From Myxococcota bacterium (GTDB lineage Bacteria; Myxococcota_A; UBA796; CAJQPC01), in contig DASCPX010000070.1 of NCBI GenBank assembly GCA_036012755.1, positions 128,001 to 192,000 on the forward strand: a stretch of DNA of 64,000 nucleotides. Direction: 5' to 3'. The translations under genes were made by a program, and so were the position numbers. This document shows, one piece after another, positions 58,561 to 64,000 of this stretch. Below the pieces are notes generated by a model. That model was not told the DNA's origin, searched no databases, and saw only the letters and a program-made list of their open reading frames with translations. Each line of letters begins with the position of its first letter. Within the stretch, counting starts at the first letter, position 1.

Positions 58561-58890
58561 TCAGGCGATAGGCGGCGGCGTCGGGGGTGGCCCGGTGGCC
58601 CGGGTTCGGTGCCTCGGCGGAACGGGGAGCGCGGTGAGCTCGCTGACCACCGTGACTCGGCGCTGGAGCGGGGCGCCCGCGACCGGGAGCACCATCGTGC
58701 CGTTGCTACAGCAGCGGCCCAGGTCGGTGTCGCAGCAGTCCGTGACTTCGGTCTCGCCGGGCTTGTCGGCCTTGGATGGACAGCAGTCCAGCGAAGCGCT
58801 CGCGCTCGGACCGTCGGGGTGTGCGGTCTCGATGCCCACTCCCGCCGTCAGCAGGAGCGCGAGCAGCGACAGCAGCAGCGTACGAAGCAC
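58561..58890 (-). CDS. Small Cys-rich leader protein of the efflux operon
   Basis: MLRTLLLSLLALLL signal; three CC pairs; terminal RATGPPPTPPP. Confidence 0.65.
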   Translation of the reverse strand: MLRTLLLSLLALLLTAGVGIETAHPDGPSASASLDCCPSKADKPGETEVTDCCDTDLGRCCSNGTMVLPVAGAPLQRRVTVVSELTALPVPPRHRTRATGPPPTPPPIA

Positions 58891-59085
58891 CGCGGGCAGT
58901 CTATCCCGACTCCTCTCGAGCACCAACTCCGGGGGGCCGTCGGCCTCGATCTCTTCCCGGAGAACTCGCGCCCGGGCGATGTCGAACAGCTGGCGTGGGA
59001 TTACGTCGACGAGCTGCACGGTGCTGCCAACCGGCTGCTGGACCCCGTCCTCGCTGGTCTCCGTTCCACGGGCAGGCAGTGGCTC

Positions 59086-59121
59086 TTGCACAAAACCAAA
59101 GCGTGACTTAAGTTTTGTGCA
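59086..59121 (+). promoter_or_regulatory. sigma70-like promoter with inverted-repeat operator of the abiE operon
   Basis: TTGCAC (59086-59091), 17 bp, TAAGTT (59109-59114); arms TGCACAAAAC (59087-59096) and GTTTTGTGCA (59112-59121). Confidence 0.75.
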
Positions 59122-59711
59122 TGTCAGAGACCCGTTCCGGCACGCGGGCCAGCCCCGATTGGGATGCGCTTCAGGACCTCGCCGTGGCCCAGGCCGGGTA
59201 CTTCACGACCGCACAGGCGGCGGAGCTGGGCTTCTCGCCGGAGCTCCTGCACTACCACTGCAGACGGGGGCGAATCCTCCGTGCGCGGCGTGGCGTCTAC
59301 CGGATTCGTCACCTCCCCGCGCAGGATGACGAACAGCTCGTCGAGCTCTGGCTCTGGTCTGATCGCCGGGGAGTGTTCAGCCATGAGACCGCGCTGGCGC
59401 TCTACGACCTGTCGGACGTCCTCCCGGCCCGGGTCCACATGACGGTGCCCGCGGGGTGGAGGAGGCGCCGACTCCGCGTGCCCGAGGTGCTTCGGCTCCA
59501 CTTCGCCGACCTGGCGGACGGAGAGCACCAGTGGGTGGGTCACGTACCCGTCACCGCGCCTGGGCGCACGCTTCGCGACTGCGTGGCCATCTCCCTACAG
59601 CCCGACCTGCTCCGCCAGGCGCTGGAGACAGGGCTCGCCAGAGGGCGCTTCGCCGATGGGGAGGTCCTGGGTGTTCGGTCCTACGTCGAGCACTTTGGTG
59701 AGGCGCGCTGA
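59121..59711 (+). CDS. Type IV TA antitoxin, AbiEi family
   Basis: QAGYFTTAQAAELG, RGVYRI, FSHETALALYDL, VPVTAPGRTLRD. Confidence 0.9.
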   Translation: MSETRSGTRASPDWDALQDLAVAQAGYFTTAQAAELGFSPELLHYHCRRGRILRARRGVYRIRHLPAQDDEQLVELWLWSDRRGVFSHETALALYDLSDVLPARVHMTVPAGWRRRRLRVPEVLRLHFADLADGEHQWVGHVPVTAPGRTLRDCVAISLQPDLLRQALETGLARGRFADGEVLGVRSYVEHFGEAR

Positions 59712-60664
59712 TGGCACGGACCTATGCCACCCCAGGTGCCTTCAAGGCGGCACTGGAGCAGCGCCTGCGCAGCCGCGCGGCTGGAGACGGGCTGGAGCTC
59801 CAGCGCCTTCGGCAGCTGCTCGTCTTCGATCGCTTCATGGCTCGCGTGGTGATGGAGTTCGAACAGGCCGTCGTGCTCAAGGGGGGTCTGGTGCTCGAGC
59901 TACGCCTTCAACGCGCTCGGACGACGAAGGACATCGACCTCCGTCTGCGGGGTGACCCCGACGAGGCCCTCAGCCGACTGCAGCGAGCAGGTCGCCGGTC
60001 GCTGGGCGACTACTTCGCATTCACGATCGTCCCAGATCCGCGCCACTCCACGATCGAGGCGGAAGGCATGAGCTACGAGGGGCTACGCTTCCGCGCCCAG
60101 TGTCGCCTCGCAGACAAGGAATATGGCAGGCCCTTCGGCGTCGATATCGCCATCGCGGAGCCCCTCGTCGCGACCCCGGACGTCATCGTGGGCGAACCAT
60201 GGCTGGAGTTCGCCGGCGTCGGGCCGGTGACGATGCAGGTGTACCCGCTCGAGGCCCACATCGCCGAGAAGGTCCATGCCTTGACGTTGCCACGTAGCCG
60301 CCCGAACTCGAGGGTGAAGGACCTCCCCGACATCGCCTTGCTGGCCACGATCCGCCCGATCGACGCCGAGTCCCTGCGCGCAGCCATCACGGCGACCTGG
60401 GAGCACCGGGGGACCCATCCGCTGCCGGCGATGGTGCCCGATGCGCCCCAGGCGTGGGAGCCGGTCTACCGGGAGATGGCGCGCGCCAGCGACCTGCGCT
60501 GGGCGACGCTGTCCCAGCTGATGGATGCGGTCAGCCGCTTTCTCGACCCCGTGCTCGCTGGAGCAGGCGGCGGGTGGGAGCCCGACGAATGGGCCTGGAT
60601 GGGGACCCCGGGCGAATCGAATAGCGAACAGCGGAAGGCGACGACCAGGAGCGCGCCTCAGTAG
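59711..60664 (+). CDS. Type IV TA toxin, AbiEii/AbiGii nucleotidyltransferase
   Basis: VLKGGLVLELR, RTTKDID, AEKVHA, NSRVKDLPD; TGATG-coupled. Confidence 0.92.
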   Translation: MARTYATPGAFKAALEQRLRSRAAGDGLELQRLRQLLVFDRFMARVVMEFEQAVVLKGGLVLELRLQRARTTKDIDLRLRGDPDEALSRLQRAGRRSLGDYFAFTIVPDPRHSTIEAEGMSYEGLRFRAQCRLADKEYGRPFGVDIAIAEPLVATPDVIVGEPWLEFAGVGPVTMQVYPLEAHIAEKVHALTLPRSRPNSRVKDLPDIALLATIRPIDAESLRAAITATWEHRGTHPLPAMVPDAPQAWEPVYREMARASDLRWATLSQLMDAVSRFLDPVLAGAGGGWEPDEWAWMGTPGESNSEQRKATTRSAPQ

Positions 60665-60745
60665 CGCGTAGTCACCAACCGAAGCCTTCGACCGTCCGAA
60701 GCCAACCATGTGTACACGCTGGGGAGCCCCTGGGACGGCGTGGGA

Positions 60746-60884
60746 AGGCATGGGACGAGCCGAGACGACAGAGTATGAGGACCCTCATGCGCTACGAGCC
60801 GCCTCTTTTCCGGCCTCCATCCGAAGCTTCCAGCCTCATCCTCCAGGCCACGCTGGGCTGCAGCTGGAACAACTGCACCTACTG
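60746..60884 (+). repeat. Right direct repeat (attR-like), forming the 5' end of the intact radical SAM gene
   Basis: Counterpart of 51895-52032. Confidence 0.92.
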
Positions 60885-61692
60885 CGACATGTATCGCCAG
60901 AAGCACTTCCGAATCCGGCCGGTCGAGGAATGCCTCGATGAGCTGAACGATGCTGCGCGCCGGGGCGGTCCGCAGGTCCGCAAGCTCTTCGTCGCGGACG
61001 GGGATGCTCTGGTCATGCCGCTGGAGTGCTGGGAGCCCATCTTGCGGTCCGCAGCCTCGGGCTTCCCCCGACTGAAGCAGGTCAGCTGCTACGCCATGGC
61101 GAGCAACGTGCTCGAAAAGAGCCCGAAGGACCTTCGTCGCCTCCGCGATCTGGGCTTGTCGCTGCTCTACATGGGCCCTGAGAGCGGGGACGAGACCGTG
61201 ATGAGGCGCCTTGCCAAGCAACCCCGCCCACCCGGAGCGCCGCGTGAGGTGGACTACCTGTACGACGCCCACGTCGAGGCCGCCCGCAAGGCCCACGAGG
61301 CCGGCATGAAGGTCTCCGCCATCTTCCTGCTCGGGGCGGGGGGCGTCGAGCGGAGTCGTGAGCACGCCCTCGGATCGGCCCGGCTCGCGACCGCGATGGA
61401 CCCCGAGTACCTCGCGGCGTTGACGCTCACGGTGGTCCCTGGCACGCCCCTGGCGACGACCCGGCACCGCCTCGCCTGGGAGCTTCCCGACATCTACGGC
61501 TTGCTCGAGGAACTCAGGATCTTCGTGAGCAATGCCCGTCCCTCGGACGCTTTGTTCCGGACCAATCACGCCAGCAACTACCTGCCGATCGGTGGGCGAC
61601 TCCCGCAGGACGGCCCGCGCATCGCCCAGGTCATCGACATGGCTCTGGCGGGCGAGATCCCCTTGCGGCCGGAGGAGGAGCGCGGCCTTTGA
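60787..61692 (+). CDS. Radical SAM protein (CX4CX2C variant); start 60775 or 60787
   Basis: FRPPSEA.SLILQATLGCSWNNCTYCDMY, FVADGDAL, YMGPESG, FRTNHASNYL. Confidence 0.9.
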   Translation: MRYEPPLFRPPSEASSLILQATLGCSWNNCTYCDMYRQKHFRIRPVEECLDELNDAARRGGPQVRKLFVADGDALVMPLECWEPILRSAASGFPRLKQVSCYAMASNVLEKSPKDLRRLRDLGLSLLYMGPESGDETVMRRLAKQPRPPGAPREVDYLYDAHVEAARKAHEAGMKVSAIFLLGAGGVERSREHALGSARLATAMDPEYLAALTLTVVPGTPLATTRHRLAWELPDIYGLLEELRIFVSNARPSDALFRTNHASNYLPIGGRLPQDGPRIAQVIDMALAGEIPLRPEEERGL

Positions 61693-61822
61693 GCGGCGGT
61701 GCGGTCGCCACGACATCCTCTCCAAAGGACCGGATCCAGGGCTACCTCAACCATCGACCCCACCCGAAACCGCATCCTCAGCCGCCCGTCGTCGAGCTCG
61801 TCGAGGGCCCGCACGCAAGCCG

Positions 61823-62250
61823 TCAGTCAGCGTTCTTGACCACCCGAAGGCCCGTGTCGTCGCGCGTGTCGCCCGCATTCAAGGAGTTCCGATCTGCGAC
61901 CCGGCATCTCGACGGTGGGTAGCTGACCGCACCGCCCCGGCGACTCCGGGCCGATCCAGACGTCGGCCCCTCCGGGTCCACTGTCGGCGACTCGTCGTAG
62001 TAGTCGCTCGCGTAGTAGTCCTGGGTCCACTCGAACGCGTTGCCCGTCATGTCGTACAGACCGCATGCGTTGGGGTCCAGCCCCCCGACCTCGTGGAGCT
62101 CTCCACCCGACGTCGTCGGGGCCGCTCGCGCAGTCGGGATCTTCGCAGTCGAAGAGTCCGTCCATGTCGTTGTCGCTGCGGTCGACGCACTCGCCCGGGT
62201 CATCTCCCTCCGACTCGGCGCACGCGAGGACCAGCAGCAGCAGCCCGACC
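61823..62250 (-). pseudogene. Internally deleted FGE-sulfatase (SUMF1)-domain lipoprotein gene
   Basis: LLLLVLAC...DNDMDGLFDCEDPDC, then a frame change directly into the FGE C-terminus PNACGLYDMTGNAFEW...RGG...GLRVV. Confidence 0.7.
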
Positions 62251-62480
62251 TCTCCCTGTTCAGATCCGGGTCGAGTGTGTCTTGCCGAGGCCATCGGCGC
62301 GAGTTCCCAGCGTGGCGTCCCTTGGATCATCGCGCCCCGACTCCGGTCTGGCTTGCGCCCAGGTGGGTACCTGCGATGACCTCGCCGCCTTCTTCGAGAC
62401 CCACTGAAGAACGGGCAGCCGCTACGTGCGCGCGGCGAACGTGATCTTCTGGACCCCGTACGAGGAATAGCTCGAGAGCG

Positions 62481-63443
62481 CTACTCGCCGGCCTCTTCGG
62501 CCGGGGCCGCAGGCGCCTCTTCAGCCGGAGCCTCCTCCGCAGGGGCATCTTCCCCTGCCTCTTCGGCCGGGGCCTCCTCGACGGGAACCTCTTCGGCCGG
62601 GGCCTCCTCGACGGGAACCTCTTCGGCCGGGGCCTCCTCGGTGGGCGCTGCCAGGGCCGCGAGGGCCGCCTGGGCGCTGTCCAGCTCGGCTGCGGCCGCG
62701 TCGGCGGCGGTCTTCGCGGCGGCGAGGGCCTCGTCTGCAGCGGTGACGGCAGCAGTGGCCTCGTCCAGGGCGGTCTGGGCGGCTGCCTTGTCCGACCTGC
62801 GGCGGGCCTTGCCCTGGGCCTCTTCGGCGGCCGTCTTGGCCTCTGCGGCGGCGGTCGCGGCGGCCTCGGCATCTGTCACGGCGGTGGTCGCGGCCTCGTG
62901 GGCTGCGGTGGTCTCCGCGACCAGCGCCTCTGCGGCGGCCAGCACGGCGGCGGTGGCGTCAGCGGCCGCCAGGTCGGCGAGGTTGGCCAGTCCGCCCTCG
63001 AAGTCGTCGCCGATCATCGAGACGATCTTCTTGCCGAAGAACGCGGCCCCGATGGGCCCCATCTCCAAGGTCCCTTCCCAGGTCACCGAGGTGACGCCGT
63101 CGGCTTCCGCCAGGATCAGACCGAACGTCTTGCCCGTGTCCTTGCCATCGAAGAAGAGGTCGTAGCTCACGGACTGGTTGGCCTCGATAGCGGTGACGAC
63201 CATCCGGCCCTCGCCGAGCTCCGGGCCGGTCCACTCGGTGGAGTGGCCGATGGCGCCGGCGTCTCCCCCGTAGGTCCAGGAGGCCTCCGGGTCCATCTCG
63301 GCGTTCCAGACCGTCCACTGGTTCCAGGTCTCGTAGTCCGAGACGTACTTCCAGACGATGTCGGCGGGGGCCTCGATCTGCTGGGTCGTGGAGACGGTGA
63401 GGGTCTTCGCTTCAGCTGTGAGGGTCGTGAGCAGTATCAGCAT
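62481..63443 (-). CDS. Secreted SRPBCC/START-domain protein with Ala-rich coiled-coil and EEAPA tail
   Basis: AAGGA RBS; IEAPADIVWKYVSD...WNQWTVW, GTLEM, IGDDFEGGLANL. Confidence 0.85.
   Translation of the reverse strand: MLILLTTLTAEAKTLTVSTTQQIEAPADIVWKYVSDYETWNQWTVWNAEMDPEASWTYGGDAGAIGHSTEWTGPELGEGRMVVTAIEANQSVSYDLFFDGKDTGKTFGLILAEADGVTSVTWEGTLEMGPIGAAFFGKKIVSMIGDDFEGGLANLADLAAADATAAVLAAAEALVAETTAAHEAATTAVTDAEAAATAAAEAKTAAEEAQGKARRRSDKAAAQTALDEATAAVTAADEALAAAKTAADAAAAELDSAQAALAALAAPTEEAPAEEVPVEEAPAEEVPVEEAPAEEAGEDAPAEEAPAEEAPAAPAEEAGE
62558..62640. repeat. 30-bp tandem repeat, about 2.8 perfect copies (encodes EEAPAEEVPV)
   Basis: cctcttcggccggggcctcctcgacgggaa repeated. Confidence 0.9.
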
Positions 63444-63646
63444 GGTCCTTCCTGGGTTGGCAGTCGCGATAACCCAGCAGCAACCGCTGGTCCCGCGTGG
63501 CGGTGGTGCTCTGGATCAGTCCGCGAGGGGGGAGCTGGCGACCAGGAGGCAGGAAACGATGAGGGCCCGCCTTGGCAGCGGTGCGACGTGATCGGGGCCG
63601 GTGTCCGGCCGCTGGTCCTCAGGACCCCCGTGAGGGACACTGGGGC

Positions 63647-64000
63647 GTGCTCCCCCTCCTCGCTGCTCTCCTGCACGCACCGCCGGCGGCCACCGACGTC
63701 GAGGTCCGGATCGATGCCTTGGGCCTCGACGAGGGCTTCGTGATGGCAGCGCCCGTCGATCCCGCGGGAATGAGCCTGGAGACGGAGCTCGCCACCATCC
63801 TGCTCCACTCTGGCGCCGTCGCGCCCCTGTCGTCCCCAGGCACTGGCGCGAGGGTCGGGCTCGTCTTCGAGGGCGAGGGCAGGCTGCTCCTCCACCCGCC
63901 GACGCCGGGCGAGGAGCTGGCGCTGCGGCAGGACCTGTTGCTCCAGGGTGCGACTCCGGAAGAGCTGCCCGAGGCGGGCGAGCCTGTCGAGTTCGTGCTG
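63647..64000 (+). CDS. Partial secreted protein running off the right edge (possibly the N-terminal region of an M1-peptidase-like protein)
   Basis: Hand translation MLPLLAALLHAPPAA...GLVFEGEGRLLLHPPTPGEE, open to the window end. Confidence 0.55.
   Translation, partial: MLPLLAALLHAPPAATDVEVRIDALGLDEGFVMAAPVDPAGMSLETELATILLHSGAVAPLSSPGTGARVGLVFEGEGRLLLHPPTPGEELALRQDLLLQGATPEELPEAGEPVEFVL

Larger units (their letters stand above)
52033..60884. mobile_element. Putative integrated island (metal efflux operon + AbiE TA); no integrase seen
   Basis: Bounded by the radical SAM 5' direct repeat; typical accessory cargo. Confidence 0.7.

Noticed and set aside
62558..62640. 30-bp repeats as a CRISPR array
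   Set aside because: Contiguous with no spacers, and in frame within a coding low-complexity tail
63444..63646. Intergenic region as a riboswitch or ncRNA
   Set aside because: No recognisable conserved motif; cannot be supported without a covariance search

Overview
High-GC (about 70% by eye) bacterial DNA. Abundant FG-GAP/Asp-rich lipoproteins, Hanks kinases and an FHA-sigma54 activator suggest a Myxococcota-like genome (inference). No rRNA, tRNA or CRISPR array was recognised. The left half holds tldE/tldD, a CAAX protease, a FadR-type regulator with a GMC oxidoreductase, an SRAP protein, GH114, GH92, GT-C membrane proteins, a kinase and an arylsulfotransferase. The main non-obvious signals are: (1) an AhpD-like gene split by the ORF caller at an in-frame TGA (C-F-Y-TGA) followed by a SECIS-like hairpin, i.e. 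a probable selenoprotein; (2) an integrase-free island of about 8.8 kb, bounded by a duplicated 5' end of a radical SAM gene (54 bp exact core), carrying a Czc-type RND pump with Cys/His repeat modules, an embedded TlpA thioredoxin and an AbiE toxin-antitoxin pair with a visible operator; (3) an in-frame RhuM::NorD-vWA chimera; (4) a lower-GC beta-helix gene between a truncated flagellar-hook-like gene and an IS91-like remnant; (5) several frameshifted or internally deleted genes. All family calls come from motif recognition by eye, not from database searches.
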